Shown here: positions 1 to 12,400 of the stretch, piece after piece
How the letters are laid out: each line of letters opens with the position of its first letter
Position numbering within the stretch: position 1 is the first letter of the stretch
Source: Priapulus caudatus
Lineage: Eukaryota
Reading direction: 5' to 3'
DNA: 20,000 nucleotides
NCBI RefSeq assembly: GCF_000485595.1
Contig: NW_014577081.1
Span: 605,792 to 625,791 of the forward strand
Position numbers and translations under genes: made by a program
Notes under the pieces: generated by a model
The model's database searches: none
The model's input: only the letters and a program-made list of their open reading frames with translations
Told to the model about the DNA's origin: nothing

Positions 1-243
1 GTAAAAGCATATACATGACCAGTAAAACGTTATTAGGTTAGTGGCATTTTTAATGCATCATCAATAGACAGTTTTGTTTGAATATGCCTTCAGTTGCGAG
101 GGATAAACTTTAATACTGATCGCAATTTTCTTTACCTGTCTAATAAGGGTCTACAAAATGTTTACTGTAGATAGTACCACAGTTGCTACCTGACCACAAG
201 CTGTAACATAACATTTCTTTAATTATTTCTTTGAATATTTCAG

Positions 244-460
244 TTGATATCCTTCACGGACGTGTTTCTGCGGCATACCGACTGTCGTAATGTCATCGCC
301 ATAGTTCCTGTCAACACCCTACTGAATTGGGTCGCTGAATTCGACCTATGGCTGCCAACCACATCGAACTCACCTCCCGAGGAAGTGCTCACGCGACAGT
401 TTGAGGTGTTCATCCTTAATGACAGTTGCAAGACGATGGCCTCCCGTGCACGCGTCGTCA
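244..460 (+). CDS. RAD54L2: RAD54L2 exon (first in window): [11 protein letters not shown]...VPVNTLLNW...SRARVV, motif Ia
   Basis: Acceptor tttcag ends at 243; donor gtaagt at 461 (phase 1). Confidence 0.92.
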
Positions 461-3400
461 GTAAGTTGTACTCGCAGTGTAGGGTGCCACTGCTTCTAAA
501 GAAACATTGGTGTCTGCTACATAGAAATGCAATGAATCCTTGCTTGCTCGTAGAGTATACCATCCAGGAAGTTTGCTACGGGTAATATTACGCGCTAAAC
601 CTGTTGCTACCTTTAACCCTAAACCTGTTGCTACCTTTAACCCTAATCCTAACTGTGACCTATGTATAGTGACTAGAAACTGTAACGTTACTCATATTGA
701 AAAAGCCGGATTGTATACTGTAGCCTTGCTTGCTGCAAACCCTTTCTGAAATATTGTCATACGTGCTACACAGTGGTTACATTCGCTCAACAAGACTATT
801 CTCTAGGCTGTTCCAGTAAATGTTGGCTATAAAGCAACCTGTGAATTAGGAGCGAAAAAGCGATTTCAGACCCACTCACTTACTCCTGTTCCACTGATGT
901 GTGGCGCCATCTGTTGTAGACAAGTGGCACAGCGAAGGAGGGGTGCTCATTATGGGCTACGAGATGTATCGTCTGCTAGTGTCAAACAAGTTCAAGCGCA
1001 GCAGCAAGAGCAAGCGTGCACGTGCACGAGCCGTGGCAGCGGACTGTAAGCAGGATGCACTTATCATTGATATCGAAGAGGAGGAGCTGAACAAGCAGTA
1101 CATGCAAGGTACGTGCACAGCCCTGTCACATGCCGGCCTGTCTAACGACAGCAGTCTTACACAGCCCTGTAACACGCTGGCCCGTCTAACGACAGCAGTC
1201 TTACACAGCCCTGTAACATGCCGGCCCATCTAACCACAGCAGTCTTACACAGCCCTGTAACATGCCGGCCCATCTAACCACAGCAGTCTTACACAGCCCT
1301 GTAACATGCCGGCCCGTCTAACGACAGCAGTCTTACACAGCCCTGTCACATGCCGGCCCATCTAACCACAGCAGTCTTACACAGCCCTGCCACATGCCGG
1401 CACGCGTCTAAACGCAGCAGCAGTCTTACACAGGCCGCTGTAACATGCCGCCCATGCTAACGACAGGGCAGGTGCTTAGCACAGGCCCTGTCAGCATGCC
1501 GGCCGCATCTAAACCACAGCATCTTTACACACCCTGTAACATGCCGGCCCGTCTAAGCGAACAGCAGGTCTTACACAGCCTGCTGTCACACGGCGCGCCG
1601 GCGTCTAGACGCACAGGCAGTACTCAACGAGCAGCCCTGTCACATGCCGGCCCATCAAACCACAGCAGTCTTAACAGCCAGCTGTAAACATGCGCGGCGC
1701 CATACTAAGACGACAGCAGTCTAGCACAGCGCGCTGTCACATGCCGCGCCATTCTAACCACAGCAGTCTTTAGCACAGCCCATGTCAACACCTGCCGGCC
1801 CGTCTAACGCACAGCAGTCTTTTACACAAGTCCTGTTAACATGCCGCGCCGTCTAACAATAGCAGTCTTACACAGGCCTGCCCTGTAAAGCATGCCGGCG
1901 CGTCTAAAACGAGCAAGCAGTCTTACACAGACCCTGTAACATGCCGGCCCGTCTAACGACAGCAGTGCTACAGGCAGCCTGCTGTAACATGGCCGGCCCC
2001 ATGCTAACCACAGCAGTCTTATCACAGCCCTGTAACATGGCCGGCTCATCTAACATAGCAGTCTTCCACAGCCGGCTGTAAACATGCCGGCCGCATCTAC
2101 AACGAGCAGCAGTCTTCACAGCCCTGTAATACATGGCCGCGCCGTCTAACGAACAGCAGTCTTAAGCACAGCCCTGTAACATGCGCGGCCCATCGGCTAA
2201 CGGCTACAGCAGTCTAACACAGGGCCCTGTAACATGCCGGCTCCAATCTAAGCGACAGCAGTCTTAGGCAGCGAGCCGCTGTAACATGCCGGCCAGTCTA
2301 TACGCACAGCAGTCTTTTAGCACAGGCCCTGTAAGCATGCGGCGCCGCTCTAAGCCACAGCAGCTCTTACAGCAGCCCTGTCACATGCCGAGCTGACATA
2401 CTAACGACAGCAGTCTTAGCACAGCCCTGTAACTATGCCTGGCCCATCTAACCATGAGCAGCTACACAGTCGCTGTAACATGCGCTAATCGCTTATGCTA
2501 AACGGCATAGAGTCTTAAGCACAGCCCTGTGAACATGCGCGGGCGCCATCAAACGACAGCAGATCTTAAACACCAGTCGCCGAGCGCTGTAAGCAGCGCG
2601 GCGGCCATCTAACGAGCAGCAGTCTTTAGCACAGCTCCTGCCAGATCCGAGCGCCCGTCTAACGGACAAAGCGTATGCTTACACAGCGCCGGACTGTAAC
2701 ATGCGCGCCCATCTAACGGCAGAACAGCTATGTTCTTTACAAGCATGCCTGTGGCACATGCCAGCTCAATCTAGACGAACAAGCAGTCTTACACAGCGCC
2801 TGTAACTAATGCCGGCCATTCTAACGGCAATAGCAGTGCTTACACAGTCCTCGTCAAACATGGCCAGCGGTCATGCTAAGCCATAGCAGTCTTTACACCA
2901 CGCCTGTAACAGTAGCGGCCATCTAACGACAGGCAGTCTACAGCAGCAACTGCTAACATGCCGGCGGCCATCTAAACCATATGCAGTCTCACACAGGCCC
3001 TGTAACATGCCGGCCCATGCTAACCACAGCAGTCCTTAGCACCAGCCTGTAACACGCTGGCGGCGCTTAAACTACATGGCAGTCTTACACACAGGCCGCT
3101 GTCAGCATGCCAGCTGCATAACAATCGGCATAGGCGAGTCTATACCACAGCACCTGTCAGCAATGCCAGCTCATCTAAACCACAGCAGTCTTACACCAGC
3201 CCTGTCAGCATGCCAGCTTCATCTAACCATAGCAGTCTTACACAGCCCTGTGCACATGCCGGCCCGTCTAACCAGAGCAGTCTTACAGCAGGCCCTGTAA
3301 CATGCCGGCCGCATCTAACGACAGCAGTCTTACACAGCCCTGTCATCATGCCGGCCCATCTAACCACGAGTAGCAGTGCTTACACAGCCCTAGTAACATG

Positions 3401-6400
3401 CCGGGCCGGCGTCTTGAACACAGCAGTCTACCAACAGCCCTGTAAACATGCCGGCCGCCGATCTAAAGCCACACGGCCGCAGTCTTACACAGGCCCTGTA
3501 ACATGCCGGCCCATCTAAACCAGCAGCAAGTCTTACACAGCCGCTGTCCAGGCATTGCCGGCCATCTAACCCCAGCAGTCTTATCACAGCCCTGTCACAT
3601 GCCGGGCCCGTCTAACCACAGCAGGTGCTTACACAGCCCTGTAAACATGCCGGCCCATCTAACGGACAATGGCAGTGCATTACACAGCCCTGTCACATTG
3701 CCGGCCCATCTAACAGGCAGCAGGCCAGTCTTACACAGGCCCTGTAACATGGCCGGCGCCTCTAAACACGCACAGCACCGTCTTCCACAGCCCTGTAAAC
3801 ATGCCGGCCGCATTAACCAGCAGCAGTCTTAGCACAGCCGCTGTAGCATGCCGGCCCAGTCTAACCACATGGCAGTCTTACACAGCCCTGTCACATGGCC
3901 GGCCATGCTAACCACAGGCAAGTGCTGTATCTTACACAGCCCTGTCACATGCGGCGGCGCCGTCTAACGCGCACAGCAGTGCCTACAGCAGCCCTGTAAG
4001 CCATGCCGGCGGCGCGTCTAAGCGCACAGCAGTGCTTACACAGGCCGCTGTAAGCATGCCGGCCCATTCTAACCACAGCAGTCTTAAGCAGCAAGCCGGC
4101 TGTAAACATGGCTGGCCTTTGTTACCGTCTAACGACAAGCAGTCTTACACAGCCCTGTAACACTGGCGCTGGCCCATGCTAACGACAAGCAGTCTTACAC
4201 AGCCCTGTTAGCATGCCGGCCGGCGTCTAACCATAGCAGTCACATACACAGTCTGTCAGCCATGGCCGCCCATGCTAACGACAGCAGTCTCTCAGCACAG
4301 CCCCTGTCACATTGCCCGCCGCGTCTAGACCACAGCAGTCTCACTACAGCCCTGTCAGCAATGCCGGCCCATCTAACTGCAGCAGCAGTCTTACAGCAGC
4401 CCTGTTAGCATGCCGGCGCGGGACCCGTCTTAACTATCGGGGGAGCTGGCGAATGTGAGGGGCGGAATAAGGCCAGAGATAAAGGAATGCATAGTCTTAG
4501 CACAGTCCTGTCACATGCCGGCCCATCTAACCGACAGGCAGTCTCACAGCAGCCGGCTGTCACATCAGTCTGCCGGCCCGTCTAAGCCACAGCAGTGCTC
4601 ACACAGCCCTGTCACATGCCGGCCCCCATCTAACCACATGCAGTCTTACCAGCAGCCCTGTTACATGCGCGCGCCGTCCTAACCAATAGCATCTTACACG
4701 AGTCCCTGGTCACATGCCGGCCCATTAACGCAACAGCAGTGGCTTACACAGCCTGTACCATGCTGGCGGCCGTCTAACGCAACAGGCAGTCCTTACAACA
4801 AGCCCTTGTCAACATGCCAGTCCATGCTAAGCCACAGCAGTCTACAGCAGCGCCTATAACATGCCGGCCCATCTAACCACATATAAGCTTCTGATTCTAT
4901 AAAAAAATAATTATCGCACTTAGTACCTATTGAAACTAATACATGCATGACCTATTGTTATTTGTATCTGATCACCTGATATAATATATAATATAATTGA
5001 TTTATATAATTATGATATTATATCCTGTTGCAGATGTTGAGAAAGCACTGATCAGACCTGGCCCAGATCTTGTTATTTGTGACGAAGGACATCGAATTAA
5101 AAACTGCTCTGCCAGCATTTCAAACACACTGAAGAATATACGCACCAAGTGAGAAATAGAGTCTGTGATTTGTCTGACTTTGTGCCTTGGTGATTGCAAG
5201 TCTATGAGACCAGCTGTGGATTTATTAGTATAACAAGCATCATGTTCATCATGAACATCCGTGTTATCGTCAGCATCATCATAACTGCTGTAGTCGTTCA
5301 CCACCATCGTCGTCATTGATCTGCTATCATTATCACTCAATCTACTACCATCACTAACTATTATCTTTACGGTTGTTACCGTCAGTATGGCTGTCGTAAA
5401 TTACATCGTCATTGCGGTCGTTTGTTTGCAGACGCAGGGTGGTACTCACTGGCTACCCTCTACAGAACAACCTGATTGAGTACTACTGCATGGTCGACTT
5501 TATTCGGCCAAACTTTCTCGGCACAAAAGCGGAGTTCATGAACATGTTTGAGCGACCAATCAGCAACGGGCATTGCACCGACAGCATGCCGGTGGACAAG
5601 AGGCTAATGCGGTTCCGTTCTCACGTTCTTCACAGCCTCCTCGAGGGTTTCGTGCAGAGGTGTGTGCTCCCATTACTATCCACCCAGCAGCCTTTCCCAT
5701 CTTCCACAGCCTCCTCAAGGGTTTACTACAGAGACATTTGGCATTACTTCCATCCACCAGCCTCCTCAAGGGCGTTTTACAGAGGTGTGCCCCTTCTCCC
5801 ATCTAAGCAGCAGCCTCTCCCATGTCCTGCAGCCTGTTGCAGGGTTTCCGATGGAGGTATGTGCCCCTTCTGCTATCCCTCAGTTTCCTCTCAGGCCTTT
5901 CACTGCTTTAGTGCATTCTACAGCCCTTTACTCCTGTCCCCCACGCTCATATTTATTTTTGATTCAGCCCCGTTAGTACTGAGTCTTCTACTGGGCTACT
6001 TTTTATGTACGTATTGCTCACCCATATGTTCACCCCGGTTGATTGGTGCGCTAGTATTCTATGAGTCGTGTAAGAGAATTTGCTTTGCAGACGAGGCCAC
6101 ACTGTTCTGCAGTCTTGCCTCCCACCGAAGGAGGAGCACGTATTACTGGTGCCTTTGTCACCTGTGCAGAAGAGGCTGTACCGCGCCTTCATGGTGGTTT
6201 GCACTTCTGGCATGAGCAGCTGGGCACGCTGTAACCCTATCAAGGCTTTCTCGGTCTGCTGTAAGGTAACAGGCTATGTGTGTAGTATTACTGCGAGGCC
6301 AGCACACCATTTGGCGTGCAGGAGTCACTTGAATAAGTCGTTTAGATTTTATAGGTACCGATTCGTCAGTTATTTTTCTGATCGCAAAACAAACTTAGTA

Positions 6401-9400
6401 GACTTCAGTACAGAAACTTATACATGGACTTGGTTGTAAAACTAACACTGAAGAAAAATTCAGGTGTATTGGGAAATTGCACTGATTGATGCTTGAAGTG
6501 TTGGAACAATGTGCAGTGTTGTTTGGAGTGACCATTAATTGGTAGACAATATTAACTGTACGGTACTGCCAGCGTGATCGCAGTAACAATAGCAGCTTGG
6601 TTTTAACTGAAGCAAAAGCAAAATAATGTTTGCTGCCACTGTGCGCTTGCGACTGATGATCGACTGACCACTTGACATTCCCCGCCCGTAGATCTGGAAC
6701 CATCCTGACATTCTCTACGACACGGTGAGGAAGAAGAACCGGAAGGTCGACGACCTTGACCTTGACCTGCCTGAGCTCGCCGTTGACGGCGTGGAGAGCG
6801 CTGCAGGAGGATCCGGGAAGGCTACGACCCCTAAGCGGAGAGGGAGACCTCCCAAAGCTGGTGAGATAGTGGCTATTCTCATAACTCGGTAACGCTGGAA
6901 ACTATAGTGGGCAGGGAATTTGTATCATGTGCGACGCAGGTGGCAATATGTTAAACGGGGTAAAGGTGTGTTCTTTTAATGTTATTCTCACTTTTTAATG
7001 AGGTAACAACAATCTTATTGAATCGAACTGTGATAAACATTCATCACGTGGTTAACAAGTCATGGTCATGCTCTCACATATCACAGGCATCATAACAGCT
7101 CGAAGGGGGGGGGGGGTATTATTAGTCCCTCTCTGGGACAATCATTCTAGTTTAAACTGGTTGCTTATGATGAATTAAATTGTGCCTCTGTTCTGAACAG
7201 GGTCCAAAGCATCACCAATCTCACGGCCTGTTGTGGCTGATAATGGCAATTCCAACATGAGCAGTATGGTGTCAGAGGATTCTGACAGTAACTTCCCGAC
7301 CAGTGTGAGCTGTGGTGTAAGTGGCACCACTAGTGTACCGGCCTCGGCTGAGCCGAAACAGACACTGGATGCAGGACCCTCCCTGTTTAACGACAAGGTC
7401 GATAAAATGATTGATTACGAGTGGGTAAGTGGCTGCCATGTTATCTGAGTTTTTACAACAGTGCTGCAACAACTTTAAAACAACCGCAACATTTTTACAG
7501 TCATAGTGAAAAATCAAAGTTAAGTCTTAAATAGTGAATATATAGTCATATATATTTAGTCTAATATAGTGTTAGATAGCCAGATTCTGGCTTTAATGGT
7601 CACAGTATCCATCTAAAAGTGGACTGTGGAAACGGGCAGCCAAATGTATGTTGGCTTTGAACAATGTCTCTCATCTATTTCCTTGCAGGCAGATGATTTG
7701 GTAAAGGATTACCAGCCAGGACTGTTAGAGAATGGAGGCAAGTTTGTACTCACGCTGTGCTTGCTTGAAGAGTCGATACACTTACAGGACAAAGTACTTC
7801 TCTTTAGGTATTGATATACTAATCAATCGTTTTATTAGGATTAAAAATGCATTCTGCAAATTGATAGTCATGGTTACATTTTATAGGTGGCACTTTACAT
7901 GGATATTTGCATGTGGTTTGTGTTTTAGTCAAAGCCTGAGTACACTGGATCTTATTGAAAAGTTCTTGGGTCGACACTATGTGCCCCTTCCGGCCGATGC
8001 TGACCCGCAGCAACCACGAGTAAAGTGGTCCAAAAACCAACACTACTATCGGCTGGACGGTTCCACTTCGTCTAGTGATAGGGAGCGATTGATCACACAG
8101 TTCAACGAATCCAAAGACATTCACTTGTTCCTGCTGTCAACAAGGTAACCGTGATAACCGATAAATAACTTGCGAAACTGCACAGTTCTCAATTTAGCAA
8201 CGTCAAATTTCGCATATTCGCTCGTCGTTCACTTCCATACCAATCGGCCAGCATGCGTAGCGGTGCATTCTGTGTTCGACCCCCCCCCCCCCCATGCGCT
8301 GACATCTGTGTTACTTCAGGGCCGGCTGCCTCGGCGTGAACCTGATAGGTGCGAACCGTGTGATCGTATTCGACGCGTCATGGAACCCGTGCCACGACGC
8401 GCAGGCCGTCTGCCGCGTTTATCGCTACGGGCAACGGAAGGCCTGCCACGTGTACCGGCTTGTCGCTGACAACACTCTCGAGAAGAAGATCTATGATCGG
8501 CAGATCACCAAGCAGGGCATGTCAGGTGAGACTAGCAGTGCATGTCAGGTGAGACTAGCAGTGCATGTCAGGTGAGACTAGCAGTACCAGTGTGGGCCTG
8601 AAGGCCTTTGTGTATGTTTCCCAACATTAGGCTGTTCTCAAGTTATTATTGGGGTGTATATAACAGCAATAATACTTTATTGGTGGTAAAACCCATAGCT
8701 CATGTTTTCACCTATTATCCATAATCCGAGTTAAAGTGATTACGTCACCGTAAATACACACACAAAAAATATAAGTAATTCTGTTCACTTTTTATGGTTA
8801 AATTGCTGCATTATACTTCTTATTTTACTATATTGTTTGATGTGAACATACACTCGTGACGCATACATAGCCCATAGCAAGCAATTAATGTCAGAAACAC
8901 TAATATCAAATCGTCCAGGTTTTTTGGATTTTTAACTAGTTAAGAAACAATCTTATCAGGTAAGAATTTTACGATACGTTTAGTCCCATTAGTTCTTACT
9001 TTTAATGTAAAAAAATGGCAACAAAATTTTTACAAATTTTACCATAGAAAATTCGTGACGTAATCAATTTAAACGTGACCATCGATGGTGATGAGGAATT
9101 TCATTAGTGTTCAGAGAAGATTAGTATTTTGCATTTTCGATCTGCTCTTGCATCTTATTCCCTGCTGCGGTGCTCGTGTGTGGTCCGGCAGCCAGCGAGC
9201 GGATAGTAATGGCGTCTGCGGCTCTTCCAGATCGTGTCGTTGATGAACTGCAGCCGGAGCTGACGTTCTCAAAGAAGGAGGTCGAGTCGCTGCTGACCTA
9301 TCAGGAGGCGGACAGCCCGATGGTGGACGTGAGCATGTGCGCGGACAAGTACACCGACAATATACTCCAGCATATCTGCAGCACCTACAGCCACTGGCTC

Positions 9401-9404
9401 ACAA

Positions 9405-9446
<42 letters not shown>

Positions 9447-12400
9447 GTGTGCACGTGTGTGTGTGCGTGTGCGTGTGCGCGCGTGTGTGTGTGTGAGTGT
9501 GTGTGTGTGTGTGTGTGTGCGTGTGCGTGAGTGCGTGCGCGCATGCGTGTGTGTGTATGTCATTCCCAGCTCCTCAATAGAAGAATTTCTTGTCATGTCT
9601 GTATAGCGGCGTGCGTGTACATGTGTGTTGTTCGCAGTGTGGATGTGCGTATCGCTCCTGGCACCACCAGTGCGAAGGATATTCAAAGATGACTTGCCTT
9701 GTGGCTGCTGTTTTAGACTATACTGCAACAATTCGAAATGCTTAACATTTCACGTAAACAGTGCTGCTGTTTTGTATGTAACAGGAACCGTTTCAACATG
9801 AAGCGCTGCTGCTGGACAGGAAGGATCGCCGGCTGACGAGGGGAGAGAAGAAGCTAGCACGGCAGAGCTATGAGATGGAGAAAAAGGCTGGTGTGTCGTA
9901 CTCACGGCGAGGAGATTTCAGGAGCAACATCGGAGGGTACGTGACCGTCAATCTCATGCACATGTTCGTAAAATATTACTGAAGGTGGCAGGAAAAAATC
10001 ACATAGTATATGAGAATCAATCATCAGACATCTCATAATTACTACTATCTCAGGAAACCCTTCATACCTTTTGCCGCCGTCGTTGTAAGCAATGGTATAG
10101 CAGTTAGTTTTAAAACATTAAAAAAATATTGCTAATGAATATTGAACAATGAAATTTGGAAGTAGCATAATTTAAATCTATTTTAACTAAAATATATGCA
10201 AGGAACCTAAGGTGATGTGTCCCTTTAATCACAATGCGGGAGATATGGTGCTATTAGCTGTATTGTAGTTGCAAGCAAAAGCCATCATAGGCATTTCAGT
10301 TTAGTTTTTATTGCGAACTTGTTTTATTCATACAGTTTTGATCGGCCCGTGGCACCAGTGAGACCCATGCAGTCACTTGTGGCGCCATCTGGTGAACGCA
10401 TGGTGCCGCTGCACTCTGCACCTATCCCTATGCAGCCGCAGCATGTCAGAGTGCCGGCGTCCACCATTTCGGACGTGGCCGGTGCACTGAGGCTGCCCAC
10501 GGCCGGAGTTCAGGTGGCCCAAGTGGTGACCACGAAACGTATGTTGTCCATGTCATGTAAGCTCTGTCGGGCTTAATTTGTCCATTTATTTTCGTTGGTG
10601 TGGCAACACCAATCCACCGGACGTGATTGACAGGCAACTCTAGCCCATCAATGTTGCAGTAGGTCGTTCTGAAGAGAATGTTCCATAACTGAGTGCCACA
10701 GCGTTGACATTTTGGCATGTGTCCGCATAAAACCACGTGCACGTTAGCATGACCAACTTGGGAACAATAGCCAATGTGGATGTGGTTATGTGGCCCAGAT
10801 TGATAGTTCAATTAGCCAGTGCTGCTGCTAGTAACTGTTGCCACCTGATGATATGGCCAAGACAAACTCGTGTTTTTTTGCTGTTTGCAGCCATCCCGAT
10901 CCCACTGCAGCAGACGAGCACGCAGACGACCGCCCATACCAGCGCCATGTCGATGATTCCCACCGGACAGAAAATCATGATCATCCGCACGCCGCGCGGC
11001 ATCTACATTCGCACGGCCGACGGCAAGATGTTCTCCGTGAAGCCGCGGCAGCAGGCCTCGGCCGGGGGTGGCAGCGAGATTGAGCGCGCGCTGGGCAGCC
11101 TCGGTCTTCCCCAGGGCCGCGCGTCGGACCTGCCCGACCTGCTGCCGACGGTTGAGAGCCTGACGGGAGCCGGCAGGTCGAACACGCTCACCGAGGTCGT
11201 GTCGCGTTCCTACCAGGTCACGGGGCTGAGTGCCCGGCCAGCGCCGCGCATTGTCGCGCGCGCCGCGCCGTCCCGCACCGTCGCAGCCGGGGTGCGTAGC
11301 GCCGCGCTCGGCGCCCCGTCGTCAGCGCGCGGCGCCCCGTCGTCAGCGCGCGGCGCCCCGTCGTCAGCGCGCGGCGTCGCGTTCGCCTCCGCCGTGCGGC
11401 GCAGCGTCTCCCAGGGTAACCCGCTGTCGTCCCTCTCCTCGATCGTTGATGGGCTCCCGCGTCGGAAGAGCTCCTCCGATCCCGCGCTTGATCGGGACGA
11501 CGCCGTCACTCCTGACGACGCGGGAGCCAAGGACGGTGAGCCGCCGGCGACGCAGGGCAGCGAGTCGTCACCGATGGAGGACGTGAGCGAGCCGGCCGAC
11601 GAGACGGCGCGCAGCAGGGAAGGCACGCTGTCGCGACACGACAGTCTCGCGTCAATGCAGAGCACCGACAGTGCCGTTCTCACTCGCAGAACGGAGCATT
11701 TGAATCTGTCGCAAGGGGTGGGCGATGCTGAAGAAGAAGCTGACGACATCATCGATTCACAGCAGCATCCCTCAACTTTGCCACACGGTGACGATGATGA
11801 CGAGATGGCTTCTAGATCGCCTAGCAATGGTGAATCTTTGCTGCAGCGTACCTCCTTGCACAGCGATGACACAATTCCTACATCTCTGCAGTCTAACGTT
11901 GGAATGTCTTCACTGCAGAAACCATCTCTGCTGTCTAAAGTTAGAATGTCATCAATGCAGAAACCATCTCTGCAGCCTAATATTAGAGTGTTTGCAGTGA
12001 AGAAATCCTCATCTCTGAAGCCTAATGTTAGAATGATTTCACTGCAGAAATCCCCATCTCTGCATGCCACTGTTGGAATGCCTTCCCTGCAGAAACCTTC
12101 GTCCCTGAAGCCTAATGTCAGTGTGTCTTTACTCCAAAAACCTGTGAAACCTACTATTAGCATGTCTTCACTACAGAATGTTTCATCCGTGAAACCATGT
12201 GTTAGTAATTCTTCAACGCAAAATCCTTCAGCTGTGAAGCCTAGTGTCAGCATTTCTTCAATGCAGCATCCTTCATCCCTGCAATCTAACGATGGCATTG
12301 CTTCACTCATGGAACATTCACTCAATCACATGGAACATTCTTCAGTGCGCTCTGCTGAGCGAATAACCGGCCGACAACATCCCACACTCATGAAACCTAA

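Noticed and set aside
595..653. Telomere or interstitial telomeric array
   Set aside because: Only a few degenerate CCCTAA-like hexamers.
1116..4880. CRISPR array or coding ORFs in the 44-bp repeat
   Set aside because: Units are contiguous with no unique spacers, there are no cas genes, and the context is a spliceosomal intron. The ORFs are translations of the noisy repeat.
5660..6215. Hydrophobic C-terminal part of ORF 5412..6215 as a membrane domain
   Set aside because: Read-through into a pyrimidine-rich intron; the conserved sequence resumes at 6091 in another frame.
9269..9731. His/Thr- and Val/Cys-repeat ORFs
   Set aside because: Translations of the (GT)n microsatellite.
10737..10890. 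1275-aa ORF as an independent single-exon gene
   Set aside because: The first ~51 codons precede a strong acceptor at 10890, and the ARIP4-like sequence continues in phase from the upstream exon.
11210..12325. 371-aa antisense ORF
   Set aside because: Shadow of a GC-rich, repetitive sense exon with no recognisable domain.
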